This document shows positions 25,521-34,346 of a stretch of 47,773 nucleotides of DNA, piece after piece. The stretch's first letter is position 1. Every line of letters starts with the position of its first letter. Below the pieces are notes generated by a model. It had not been told where the DNA came from and searched no databases. It worked only from the letters and a program-made list of their open reading frames with translations. Origin of the DNA: Chloroflexota bacterium. Lineage in GTDB: Bacteria > Chloroflexota > Dormibacteria > Aeolococcales > Aeolococcaceae. Both the position numbers and the translations under genes were made by a program. The DNA lies in assembly GCA_005880445.1 (NCBI GenBank), contig VBGJ01000037.1, positions 1-47,773 on the forward strand. Direction: 5' to 3'.

Positions 25521-26693
25521 CTACAGGCGGAACACGCGGCGCACGTCGGTGAGAGCGGCGCCGAGCGAGTCGATCTCGGTGTGCGTGTTGTACAGGTATA
25601 CGGAGGCGCGCGCCATCGAGGCGACGTCGTAGCGGTGCATCAGCGGCTGTGCGCAGTGGTGACCGGCGCGCACCGCGATGCCATGCCGGTCGAGGATGGT
25701 GCCGACGTCGTGGGCGTGCACGTCGCCGAGGTTGAAGCTGACCGCGCCGCCGCGGGGCGAGCCGTCGCGCGGGCCGAAGATCGTCACGTCGCCGACCTCG
25801 TCGACGCAGGCGGCCTCGAGCCCCACGACGCTCGCGACGTCGGGCGTCCCCGCCTCGAACTTGTGCGGCACCGTGTTCCACGTGGTGCGCTCGAGTGTCA
25901 CGCGCGCGATCATGCTGCCGCCGCCGAGGAACGGTGGCATGCGCTCGAGCAGCTCCGGGCGCGCCCAGAGCACGCCGACGCCCATGGGGGCGCACATCTT
26001 GTGTCCGCTGAACGCGACGAAGTCGCTGCCCAGCTCGCGAACCGACACGGGCATGTGCGGCACCGACTGCGCGGCGTCGACGCAGACCAGAGCCCCGGCG
26101 GCGTGGGCTCGCTCCGTGATGCCCCGGATGTCGTTGATCGTTCCCAACACGTTGGATTGATGGCTGAGGCAGACGAGCTTGGTTGGCGCGCCGAGGAGCT
26201 CGTCGAGCCGGGTGAGGTCGAGGCGGCCGTCGTCGGTGATGTCCAGGAAGGCAAGCTCGAGACCTGCGCGGTCCGCGGCCAGCTGCCACGGAACGAGATT
26301 GCTGTGGTGCTCCATGACGCTGAGCACGATGCGATCACCGGGCGAGAGCAGCTCGCGTGCGTACGAGGACGCGACGAGGTTCAGCCCCTCGGTCGCGTTA
26401 CGCACAAAGACGAGGCCTTCGGCAGGTGCATCGATGAACTGCGCCACGCGGCGGCGCGCGTTCTCGAAGAGATCTGTCGCTTCGCTGGCGAGGGAGTGCA
26501 CGCCGCGGTGCACGTTGGCGTTGCTGGTCCGGTAGTAGCGTTCGACCGCGTCGAGAACCTGCACCGGCTTCTGTGATGTCGCCGCCGAGTCCAGATAGAT
26601 CAGCGGCGCATCGCGCACCGCGCGCTGGAGGATGGGGAAGTCCTGACGGACGCGCGCGACATCGAGCGCCGGCGCGGTCGCGAGCTCGGTCAT
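25521..26693 (-). CDS. sufS: cysteine desulfurase SufS (group II), about 25 aa shorter than usual in the small-domain junction
   Basis: FPIL, YLDSAATSQKP, NANVHRGVH, SGHKM (PLP Lys), FEAGTP, RAGHHCAQPLM (catalytic Cys). ATGA overlap with the upstream Rieske gene. Confidence 0.9.
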   Translation of the reverse strand: MTELATAPALDVARVRQDFPILQRAVRDAPLIYLDSAATSQKPVQVLDAVERYYRTSNANVHRGVHSLASEATDLFENARRRVAQFIDAPAEGLVFVRNATEGLNLVASSYARELLSPGDRIVLSVMEHHSNLVPWQLAADRAGLELAFLDITDDGRLDLTRLDELLGAPTKLVCLSHQSNVLGTINDIRGITERAHAAGALVCVDAAQSVPHMPVSVRELGSDFVAFSGHKMCAPMGVGVLWARPELLERMPPFLGGGSMIARVTLERTTWNTVPHKFEAGTPDVASVVGLEAACVDEVGDVTIFGPRDGSPRGGAVSFNLGDVHAHDVGTILDRHGIAVRAGHHCAQPLMHRYDVASMARASVYLYNTHTEIDSLGAALTDVRRVFRL

Positions 26694-27028
26694 GCGCCGG
26701 TTCCGTTGAGGGCGACGCGCAGGACGCCGTTCTGGTCGACGTCGACGTGGTGCACGCGCACGGGTTCCACGGCGGGCAGCGTGAGTGGCTCACCCGTCCG
26801 CAGGTCGAAGGTGGATCCGTGCAGCGGGCACTCGATGGCGCAGCGATCGACATCGAGGTCGCCTTCGCTGAGCGACGCCTCCGCGTGGCTGCACGTGTCG
26901 TCGAGCGCGTAAAAGGCACCGTCGACGTTGAAGATGGCTACGGGGACCTCGTCGATCTCGACGCGCGCCGCGTGTCCCGGAGGGATGTCGGATGCTCGCG
27001 CCACGTCCACCCATTCCGCCACGGTCAC
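26690..27028 (-). CDS. Rieske [2Fe-2S] ferredoxin (non-heme iron oxygenase ferredoxin subunit type)
   Basis: GTG at 27028 (GTGA overlap with the sufD stop, SD GGAGGTGGAGG). Rieske motifs CSH...CPLHG. Confidence 0.85.
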   Translation of the reverse strand: MTVAEWVDVARASDIPPGHAARVEIDEVPVAIFNVDGAFYALDDTCSHAEASLSEGDLDVDRCAIECPLHGSTFDLRTGEPLTLPAVEPVRVHHVDVDQNGVLRVALNGTGA

Positions 27029-28371
27029 CCCTCCACCTCCGTCACGCCGGACTGCGGCTCGCCTGCGATCTCGGAGTCGAGAAGCGTACCGAGCAGGTTG
27101 GCAACCCCTACGTGCGGAACGCGCGCTATCACGTCGTCCATGAAGCCGCGGACGATGAGCGAGTCGGCATCCTCGCGGGGTACGCCACGCGTCATGAAGT
27201 AGAAGCGCTGCTCGTCGTCGATGTGGCCCGCCGTGGCGCCGTGACCGCATTTGACGTCGTTGGCGCGGATCTCGAGGCGCGGCACTGAATCGGCCTTGGC
27301 GCCATGACTGAGCAGGAGGTTGCGGTTCTGCACGTATCCGTCGGCGTGCACCGCTGCGGGTGCGACCTCGATCAGACCGCTGTACACCGAGCGGGCCTGA
27401 TCCCGCACCGCGACCTTGAGGAGGAGATTGCTTCGAGTCTCGGGCGCGCGATGTGCCTGCAGCGACTGGTGGTCCAGGTGCTGCTCGCCGTCACCGAAGC
27501 ACACGCCCGCGATGTCCGCCTCGGCGCCGGTGCCGTCGAGACTGGCCTCCCAGTAGGCCTTCTGCAGGCGGGCTCCGAACGTGGCGCCGAAGAATCGCAG
27601 CTTGGCGTTCGCACCGAGGGAAGCACGGTGCGTGGCCACATGCCAGGCACCCTCGCCCCATTGCTGCAGCGCGATGTAGTCGAGCCGGGAGTCACGTCCC
27701 GCCGTCAGCGCGGCGATGGCGTCGCTGAACAACGGCTGCGACCCTCGAGGCGACGCGTACGCATCGATCACGGTCAGGGAGGCGGCGTCGTCGAGGACGA
27801 TCACCGTCGCGGGAAACACCGCGGCGCCATCACCTGACGCCGCGTGCGCGATCCACACGGGTGCGACGGCATCGACGCCGGACGGGACATATACGAACAC
27901 GCCGCCGCGCCACATCGCGTTCCACAGCGCGCTGAACTTGGACTCGTCGACGGTATGTGCCGCGAGTGCGCGCTGCACGAGCTCGGTGTGCCGCGACGCC
28001 GCGTCCTGCAATGTCGTGACGATGACTCCTTGCGCCAGCAGCCCGTCGGCGTCGGTGATCACCAGGTCTGCGGCTGGTGCATCGAGTGCGAAGGCTGCAC
28101 CCGGCGCGGCCTGGTCGCGCTGCAGGCGCATCGCCGCGAGCAGCCCGGCGTCCACGTCCCGTAGAGGAGTGAAGCGCTCCAGGTGCAGCCCGCTGATGTC
28201 GGTGCGCCGCCAGTCCTCATCGCGCTGCGACGAGGGCATAGGGAGGGCGGTGTACGCGTCCCACGCCGCCCGCCGTCGCGCGGCAAGCCACGGCGGCGAC
28301 GCCGCCACCCTGGCGGCTGCCTCGTCCGGGCCGAGCTCGACCGCCACCGGCCCGCCGGCCACGGACGTCAC
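27025..28371 (-). CDS. sufD: Fe-S cluster assembly protein SufD
   Basis: GTG at 28371 overlaps the sufB stop. 448 aa. The C-terminus [34 protein letters not shown] is typical of SufB/D. Position after sufB fits. Confidence 0.85.
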   Translation of the reverse strand: MTSVAGGPVAVELGPDEAAARVAASPPWLAARRRAAWDAYTALPMPSSQRDEDWRRTDISGLHLERFTPLRDVDAGLLAAMRLQRDQAAPGAAFALDAPAADLVITDADGLLAQGVIVTTLQDAASRHTELVQRALAAHTVDESKFSALWNAMWRGGVFVYVPSGVDAVAPVWIAHAASGDGAAVFPATVIVLDDAASLTVIDAYASPRGSQPLFSDAIAALTAGRDSRLDYIALQQWGEGAWHVATHRASLGANAKLRFFGATFGARLQKAYWEASLDGTGAEADIAGVCFGDGEQHLDHQSLQAHRAPETRSNLLLKVAVRDQARSVYSGLIEVAPAAVHADGYVQNRNLLLSHGAKADSVPRLEIRANDVKCGHGATAGHIDDEQRFYFMTRGVPREDADSLIVRGFMDDVIARVPHVGVANLLGTLLDSEIAGEPQSGVTEVEG

Positions 28372-29768
28372 CCGATCGCCCCCTCCATGGACAGCGCCAG
28401 GAGCCGGTTGAGCTCGACCGCATACTCCATCGGCAGCTCCTTGACGAACGGTTCGAAGAAGCCGTTGACGATGAGCGCGGTGGCGTCCTGCTCGCCGATG
28501 CCGCGGGACGTGAGATAGAAGATCTGATCCTCGCCGACCTTGCTCACGGTCGCCTCGTGCCCCACGGTGACGTCCGGGTTGTCGATGTCCATGTATGGAT
28601 ACGTGTCGCTGCGCGACTCCTCGTCGAGGAGCAGCGCGTCGCAGCGGACGTTGACCTTCACGTCGTGCGCCTTGGGCAGCACCTTGATGTGGCCGCGGTA
28701 CGACGTCCGGCCACTGCCCTTGCTGATGGACCGCGACACGATATTGCTCGTGGTGTTGGGCGCCACGTGGATCGCCTTCGAGCCGGCGTCCTGATGCTGG
28801 CCCGAGCCCGCGAACGCCGCGCTCATCACCTCGGCGTGCGAGTGCTCGCCCATGAGGTACACGCTCGGGTACTTCATAGTCACTTTGGAGCCCAAATTCC
28901 CATCGATCCACTCGACCGTCGCACCCTCGTGCGCGATGGCACGCTTGGTCACCAGGTTGTAGACGTTGTCCGACCAGTTCTGGATGGTGGTGTAGCGGAT
29001 CTTCGCTCCCTTGTGCGCGATCAATTCCACCACCGCGGAGTGCAGCGAGTCGCTCGAGTAGTTCGGCGCGGTACAGCCTTCGATGTAATGCACCGACGAA
29101 CCCTCGTCGGCAATGATCAGCGTCCGCTCGAACTGGCCCATGTTGTCGCTGTTGATGCGGAAGTACGCCTGCAGAGGGATGTCGACCTGCACGCCCTTGG
29201 GCACGTACACGAAGGAGCCACCGGACCACACCGCGCTGTTGAGCGCCGCGAACTTGTTGTCGTTGGGCGGGATCACCGTGCCGAAGTACTTGCGGAAGAT
29301 GTCCTCGTGCTCGCGCAGCCCCGTGTCGCAGTCGCTGAAGATGACACCGATCTTCTCGAGATCTTCGCGAATGTTGTGGTACACGACCTCTGAGTCGTAC
29401 TGCGCGGAAACGCCGGCGAGGAAGTTGCGCTCGGCCTCGGGAATGCCGAGGCGGTCGAACGTGCGCTTGATGGACTCGGGCACGTCGTCCCATGTGCGAC
29501 CCATCTCGTCGACAGGCTTGACGTAGTAGTAGATGTTCTCGAAGTCGATCCCCGAGAGATCCGCGCCCCACGTCGGCATCGGCCGCTTCCGGAAATGATC
29601 GAGCGCCTTCAGGCGGAACTTCAGCATCCACTCAGGCTCGCTCTTGTGCTGGGAGATGGCTGCGACCACCTCGGGCGAGAGCCCCTTGGCCGTGCGGAAG
29701 ACCGAGATGTCCTCGTCGTGGAACCCGTACTTGTAGTCCTTGGTCAGCTCGCGTGCCTGTACGGCCAT
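28368..29768 (-). CDS. sufB: Fe-S cluster assembly protein SufB
   Basis: Track ORF of 466 aa. [46 protein letters not shown]. Confidence 0.95.
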   Translation of the reverse strand: MAVQARELTKDYKYGFHDEDISVFRTAKGLSPEVVAAISQHKSEPEWMLKFRLKALDHFRKRPMPTWGADLSGIDFENIYYYVKPVDEMGRTWDDVPESIKRTFDRLGIPEAERNFLAGVSAQYDSEVVYHNIREDLEKIGVIFSDCDTGLREHEDIFRKYFGTVIPPNDNKFAALNSAVWSGGSFVYVPKGVQVDIPLQAYFRINSDNMGQFERTLIIADEGSSVHYIEGCTAPNYSSDSLHSAVVELIAHKGAKIRYTTIQNWSDNVYNLVTKRAIAHEGATVEWIDGNLGSKVTMKYPSVYLMGEHSHAEVMSAAFAGSGQHQDAGSKAIHVAPNTTSNIVSRSISKGSGRTSYRGHIKVLPKAHDVKVNVRCDALLLDEESRSDTYPYMDIDNPDVTVGHEATVSKVGEDQIFYLTSRGIGEQDATALIVNGFFEPFVKELPMEYAVELNRLLALSMEGAIG

Positions 29769-29777
29769 TACCTGCTC

Positions 29778-30545
29778 CTAAACTCTCGCGGGCTCGGGGA
29801 CCGCGGTCCCCAAGATCGGCTCGTACCCCTCGCGCTCGATGCGTCGCGCCAGATCGGGCCCGCCCGACATGACGACCCGGCCGTCGTGCATCACGTGCAC
29901 GACGTGCGGCCGCAGGTACTCGAGGATGCGTGGGTAGTGGGTGATCACGAGCACGCCGATGTCCGGGCCCGCGATGCGCATCACGCCCTCCGCGACCGTG
30001 CGCAGCGCGTCGACATCAAGGCCGGAATCCGTTTCGTCGAGGATCGCGAGCCGCGGCCGCAGCATCGCCAGCTGGAGAATCTCGCTCCGCTTCTTCTCGC
30101 CGCCGGAGAAGCCGTCGTTGATGTAGCGGGAGCGGAAGCTCTCGTCGATGCGCAGCGCCGCCATCTCGTCGCTCAGCCGCTTCATGAACTCGCGCGCCGG
30201 CATCTCCTTGCCCTGTGCGCGGAGCGCGGCGCGGAGGAAGTTCACCGTCGTCACACCGGGAATCGCGGTGGGGTACTGGAAGCACAGGAACAAACCGAGC
30301 TTGGCGCGGTCGTCTGCGCGAAGCCCCAGCAGATCCTGATCGTCGAACGACATGGCGCCGCCGGTCACCTCGTACTTCGGGTGCCCCATGACGGTGAACG
30401 CCAGCGTGCTCTTCCCCGAGCCGTTGGGCCCCATGAGCGCATGGATCTCGCCCTGCGCCACTTCGATGTCGATGCCCTTGAGGATCTCCTTGCCCTCGAC
30501 CGATGCGCGGAGGCCCTGGGTCACTAGCCTGGCTGGACCGCTCAT
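29778..30545 (-). CDS. sufC: Fe-S cluster assembly ATPase SufC
   Basis: ATG at 30545 (ATGA overlap with the Rrf2 stop). GPNGSGKSTL, GFSGGEKKR, AILDETDSGLD, ITHY. Confidence 0.95.
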   Translation of the reverse strand: MSGPARLVTQGLRASVEGKEILKGIDIEVAQGEIHALMGPNGSGKSTLAFTVMGHPKYEVTGGAMSFDDQDLLGLRADDRAKLGLFLCFQYPTAIPGVTTVNFLRAALRAQGKEMPAREFMKRLSDEMAALRIDESFRSRYINDGFSGGEKKRSEILQLAMLRPRLAILDETDSGLDVDALRTVAEGVMRIAGPDIGVLVITHYPRILEYLRPHVVHVMHDGRVVMSGGPDLARRIEREGYEPILGTAVPEPARV

Positions 30546-31081
30546 GCGGGTGTCCCCGGCGCCATCGAATCGATCAGCGCGTGATCGGCCAGCAGGTCGC
30601 CGAGCGTCGTCTGGCTGAGCACGGTGTCGATGCTCTCCTTGAGGCGCAGCCAGAGTCCCCGCGAGGCACATTCGCCCTCGCGGATGCACGACCCTGAGAC
30701 GTAGTCGTGGGCGACGCACTCCACGGGCGACACCTCTCCCTCGACGATGCGGACCACGTCGAGGACGCTGATCTGCTCCGGCGGGCGGGTGAGCGCATAC
30801 CCTCCATGCACGCCGCGGGTGCTCTCGATCAGGCCTCCTCGCCGCAGCTGCGCGGCCAGCTGCTCGAGATACGCGACGGGCAGGTGCTCCACCCGCGCCA
30901 CCTCGGCGATGCTCATCGGCCCTTTCCCGTAGCCACGCGTGAACTCGGTCATCATGCGCAACCCGTAGTGAGCCTTCGAGCTCACCCTCATGGAGAAGGA
31001 GGCGGCCGGCACCACCGCCGGCTCGCTTGTGTGACGGTGCGAGGGCTGCGTGGCCTGCTTCGAAGAAATCCCGACTGACAT
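30542..31081 (-). CDS. Rrf2-family (IscR/SufR-like) transcriptional regulator
   Basis: The core starts at MRVSSKAHYGLRMM (internal ATG at 30991), with an HTH and a Cys cluster C..........C.....C. The longest ORF starts at 31081, 7 nt after a TATAAT box, so it may be leaderless. Start choice is uncertain. Confidence 0.8.
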   Translation of the reverse strand: MSVGISSKQATQPSHRHTSEPAVVPAASFSMRVSSKAHYGLRMMTEFTRGYGKGPMSIAEVARVEHLPVAYLEQLAAQLRRGGLIESTRGVHGGYALTRPPEQISVLDVVRIVEGEVSPVECVAHDYVSGSCIREGECASRGLWLRLKESIDTVLSQTTLGDLLADHALIDSMAPGTPA

Positions 31082-31088
31082 AGTCAGG

Positions 31089-31094
31089 ATTATA
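31089..31094 (-). promoter_or_regulatory. -10 box TATAAT, 7 nt upstream of the ATG at 31081 (putative leaderless promoter of the suf operon)
   Basis: Perfect TATAAT on the minus strand in a very GC-rich context. Confidence 0.45.
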
Positions 31095-31156
31095 CGCCCG
31101 GGAACCCTCTGGACGCCGGAGTTGGAGGACTGGTTGGGTACAGTGCGTGGCGTTCC

Positions 31157-31675
31157 ATGCGCGCTCCAGCCGTGCCGCGACTGCCTCGGGCCGGCCTCGT
31201 GCTGGTGGCGCTGCTCGCCGCCTGCGGGCCGGCCGGAGCGCAGACCACACCCACCGCGACGCCGCTGCCGACCAGCCAGCTACAGGAGCGATATCAGGCC
31301 GCGGCGGCTGCCTACAACACCGCCGAGGGTCCGGTTTTGCAGGCGGAGAACGAGTACTGTGCCCCCGCCGCGCCCACGGCCGACGTGATGCATTGTGAGA
31401 CGGCGCTCAGTGCCGACCGGCAGGCGACGATCACCTTCGACAAAGCTCTCCGTGCGCTGACCTTTCCGCCCTCCGCGCGGGGCGTGGTCACCCAGCTGCT
31501 CAGCGATGACGCACAGCTGGAGACAGTGCTCGAGCAGGCGGCGACCGCGCCGAGCTTGAGCGCCATCAGCGCGTTGACGCCGCAGATCTTTCAGCTGCTC
31601 ACCACCGCGTCCCACGACGCGATCGCGGTCCGCACGGCGATCGGCATCAGCTCGACCTCTCCGTCTCCCGCGTGA
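31157..31675 (+). CDS. hypothetical lipoprotein
   Basis: Signal peptide with lipobox MRAPAVPRLPRAGLVLVALLAACG. No family recognised. The 3' end overlaps the convergent dehydrogenase gene by 29 nt. Confidence 0.55.
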   Translation: MRAPAVPRLPRAGLVLVALLAACGPAGAQTTPTATPLPTSQLQERYQAAAAAYNTAEGPVLQAENEYCAPAAPTADVMHCETALSADRQATITFDKALRALTFPPSARGVVTQLLSDDAQLETVLEQAATAPSLSAISALTPQIFQLLTTASHDAIAVRTAIGISSTSPSPA

Positions 31676-32738
31676 GCCCGTCCGGGGCGAGCTTGGCCCT
31701 CACCAGGGCGATCACGGCGTCGGTGAACTCGCTCGTGAACGCCTGCCCACCGAGGTCTGCGGTGCGCGTGCCCGCTCGGACCGTCTCGAACGTCGCCTCG
31801 TAGATGGCACGCGACGCGGCTCGTGCCGGCGCGTCGGGGGTGAACGCAAGAAGCGATGCGATTGCCAGGATCATCGCCATCGGATTGGCGATGTTCTTTC
31901 CCTGGAGCGCCGGCGCCGTGCCGTGAGGTGCCTCCGCCATCACCACGCTTGGCGTGAGCCCCTCGTCGTGAAATCCCAGGACCAGGGACTCCGCACCGGC
32001 GATGCTGCCGAACATCTGGAGCACGAGGTCACTCAGGCAGTCGCCGTCGCGGTTCATAGCCGGGATGACGAGCGGCTCACCTGCGCGGCTGAACAGCAGC
32101 GCGTATGTCGCGTCGATGAGCTGCGGTTCGTACGTCACGTCCGGGTGGCGCTGCGCGGCCGCGTCCATCTCCTCTTTGAACATGCCCTCGTACACACGCG
32201 AAACCGTGAACTTTGGACCGCCGAACACCCGGGCGTGCACGGTCCGCGCGTGCTGGAAGGCGAACTCGGCGACAACACGGCACGTGTTCCGGGAGATCCG
32301 CTCGGTGCGAAACGCGAGCTCGTCTGAGTTGCTGATCTCGCGCCACTCCTTGGCGTTGTATGCATCGTCGACCGCCATGCGCACCACGCTGATCGGCGCG
32401 CCGACTCCGGCGATGCCGGCCACTCCTGGGATGCGCCGCCCGGTGCGGAGAATCACCTTGCCGCCGACGCGCTCACGCAACAGCGCGTTCGGGCTGCCGA
32501 CATCGCTCGCGTCCTCCGGAGTCACCGTCGCGGCCTTGAGCCCATAACCGCAGGCGACCATCGCGTCGGCCGCCTCCACCACCACCGCGTTGCTGGTCGC
32601 GCGGCGGTGGTCCAGGGATAGGTCGAAGAAGCGCAGGTCGAGCGCGATGCCGATGACGCCAGGGCTGATCACCCGCAGCGCCTGCTCCAGCAGCTCTTCG
32701 CCGGTCTGGTCACCGCGAAGCACCGCGATCGTCGTCAT
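31647..32738 (-). CDS. isocitrate/isopropylmalate dehydrogenase family protein
   Basis: 363 aa. IAVLRGDQTGEEL, NRDGDCLSDL, APHGTAP...GKNIANP are signatures of the beta-decarboxylating dehydrogenase family. Substrate not assignable by eye. Confidence 0.85.
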   Translation of the reverse strand: MTTIAVLRGDQTGEELLEQALRVISPGVIGIALDLRFFDLSLDHRRATSNAVVVEAADAMVACGYGLKAATVTPEDASDVGSPNALLRERVGGKVILRTGRRIPGVAGIAGVGAPISVVRMAVDDAYNAKEWREISNSDELAFRTERISRNTCRVVAEFAFQHARTVHARVFGGPKFTVSRVYEGMFKEEMDAAAQRHPDVTYEPQLIDATYALLFSRAGEPLVIPAMNRDGDCLSDLVLQMFGSIAGAESLVLGFHDEGLTPSVVMAEAPHGTAPALQGKNIANPMAMILAIASLLAFTPDAPARAASRAIYEATFETVRAGTRTADLGGQAFTSEFTDAVIALVRAKLAPDGLTRETERSS

Positions 32739-32785
32739 GCGGCGAAAGCCTACCGTCAGGGTGTCTTGCGGGTGGTCATGGGCCA

Positions 32786-32843
32786 GGCGGTCACAAGCGC
32801 GTAGGCCGCATAGCTCAGGAGCGGCCGGAGCGCTTGTGCCGCC
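32786..32843 (+). repeat. structured hairpin repeat H2 (loop ATAGCTCAGGA)
   Basis: GGCGGTCACAAGCGC-GTA-GGCCGC-ATAGCTCAGGA-GCGGCC-GGA-GCGCTTGTGCCGCC. It lies between the stop of the CheY-like gene (32871) and the start of the dehydrogenase gene (32738). Confidence 0.8.
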
Positions 32844-32870
32844 TGCCTAAAACCACTGATGCCCTGGTCG

Positions 32871-33236
32871 CTAGATGAACGTCAGCAGGTCCTCGACGAT
32901 CTCCACGAGCTCGTCGCCCCGTATCGGTTTGCTGATCACCGCCGCGGCGCCGAGCTGCTGCGCCCGTTCCCGTGTGCCGACGTCGCCCGGCTCGGTGAGG
33001 ATCACCACCCCGCCGGGCGGATGCTCGGGGGCGAAGCGGATCGCTTGAAAGAACTCGAGCCCGTCGGTGTCCAGCGTCGTGTCGAGGATGAGAACGTCCG
33101 GCGAAAACATGGGTAACTCGGCGCGCACCTCGCGCACGGCTCGCACCCAGTGCACCTCGTATCCGATCCCGGTGAAGCGGTCGATCACCGGTTGCGCAAG
33201 CTTCGCCTCGTCTTCCGCGACCAGGATGCGGGGCAT
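32871..33236 (-). CDS. single-domain (CheY-like) response regulator receiver protein
   Basis: Internal ATG at 33236 gives MPRILVAEDE...DVLILDTTL...KP, 121 aa, with no output domain. Confidence 0.8.
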   Translation of the reverse strand: MPRILVAEDEAKLAQPVIDRFTGIGYEVHWVRAVREVRAELPMFSPDVLILDTTLDTDGLEFFQAIRFAPEHPPGGVVILTEPGDVGTRERAQQLGAAAVISKPIRGDELVEIVEDLLTFI

Positions 33237-33271
33237 CGGCGGCCAAGGGTACCGAGAACGCGAGTCTTGAC

Positions 33272-33868
33272 GTGCACCCGCGACGCACTCCACACTTCGC
33301 TGTGGCGATGACGCCGCTCGCGCACTACGTCCCCACACAGCGCTCCCGCCAGCGCCTGTTCGACAGGCTGATGCGGCGCCCCACCATCCCATCGGACGGC
33401 GAACGCATTCCCGGCGCCGTTGTCGCCACGGATCGCACCCCACCGGTGGCCGACGCGCACACGCACACGTTCTGGTCGTCGCCTGCAGAGCTTCCGGGGG
33501 CCCTGGTTGAGTCGGGCCTCGGATCTCGGGGGGGCAGCCGCGACCGGGTGGCCGAGATGATCGCCGCACACGAGGCGGGAGTGCCGCCCGGTGACGCGCG
33601 GCGCCCGCGCGGCAACCCCGCATTCTCCGAGGCGCTCTTCATCGAGTTGATGCGCGCGCATCAGTACCGGCGTGCTTTCGAGCAGCTCAGCGCCGACTGC
33701 CAGCGGAGCTGGGGATCGTCGGACGCTTTCGTGTCGGCCCAAGCAGGCTCGGCGATGAGCCGTCTTCGCGGCGTGCAGGTCAGGGGCGTCCGGTATCTGC
33801 CCGAATGGACCGACCCTGATCGCGGTGCCACCTACAACGAGGTCGCGGAGCTGCAGGTGGCGGCCTGA
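33272..33868 (+). CDS. hypothetical protein
   Basis: Track ORF only. Start uncertain (GTG 33272 or ATG 33308). Followed by a GC hairpin at 33883-33908. Confidence 0.4.
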   Translation: MHPRRTPHFAVAMTPLAHYVPTQRSRQRLFDRLMRRPTIPSDGERIPGAVVATDRTPPVADAHTHTFWSSPAELPGALVESGLGSRGGSRDRVAEMIAAHEAGVPPGDARRPRGNPAFSEALFIELMRAHQYRRAFEQLSADCQRSWGSSDAFVSAQAGSAMSRLRGVQVRGVRYLPEWTDPDRGATYNEVAELQVAA

Positions 33869-33910
33869 ACGGTTCTGTCGCGCGCGGCGGTAGCTGTTCG
33901 CCGCCGCGAG

Positions 33911-33916
33911 TACAAT
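33911..33916 (+). promoter_or_regulatory. -10 box TACAAT, 6 nt upstream of the GTG at 33923 (putative leaderless start)
   Basis: gagTACAATccgctcGTG. Confidence 0.35.
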
Positions 33917-33922
33917 CCGCTC

Positions 33923-34327
33923 GTGAAAGGCGCCTTCGGGGTTGCGAGCATCGGGCCGATGGAGCGCACCTGTCTGGAGATCGCCAGAGCCGAGCGCGTG
34001 GCGGCGTTCAGGCGGACTCGCGTGAGCCGTGCGCGCCGTTCCGTGCGTGAGTCGGACGGTCTGCTCGAGCTCATCGAAGAGTGCCGGCTGCGTGGGTGGC
34101 GGCTCGTACCGTCGACGCTCTGGAGCGCCGTGGTGCGTGCCGTGGGAGACGTCGACTCAGGGCTGCGTGACGAGCTCGGGATCAACCGGGACCCGGATCA
34201 CGTAGCCGACGTGCTGTTCAGCGCCCAGGAGGTTCTCCTGGCTCGGGTCCGCCAAGCAGAGCAGCCTGCCCTGGCTCCTATCATCCCGCTCTTCCGCGAT
34301 ACGCCTCGCGCCGCCGCCGCCCAGTAG
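33923..34327 (+). CDS. hypothetical protein
   Basis: Track ORF of 134 aa. No family recognised. Confidence 0.45.
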   Translation: MKGAFGVASIGPMERTCLEIARAERVAAFRRTRVSRARRSVRESDGLLELIEECRLRGWRLVPSTLWSAVVRAVGDVDSGLRDELGINRDPDHVADVLFSAQEVLLARVRQAEQPALAPIIPLFRDTPRAAAAQ

Positions 34328-34346
34328 TCTCGCGAGGAGCTCCTCG

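Noticed and set aside
33883-33908. Hairpin CGCGGCGG-tagctgttcg-CCGCCGCG, whose loop begins with TAGCT, considered as a fifth member of the hairpin family
   Set aside because: It lacks the GNA/GNA internal loop, the inner 6-bp stem and the CAGGA part of the loop. It is more simply a terminator-like hairpin after the 33272..33868 ORF.
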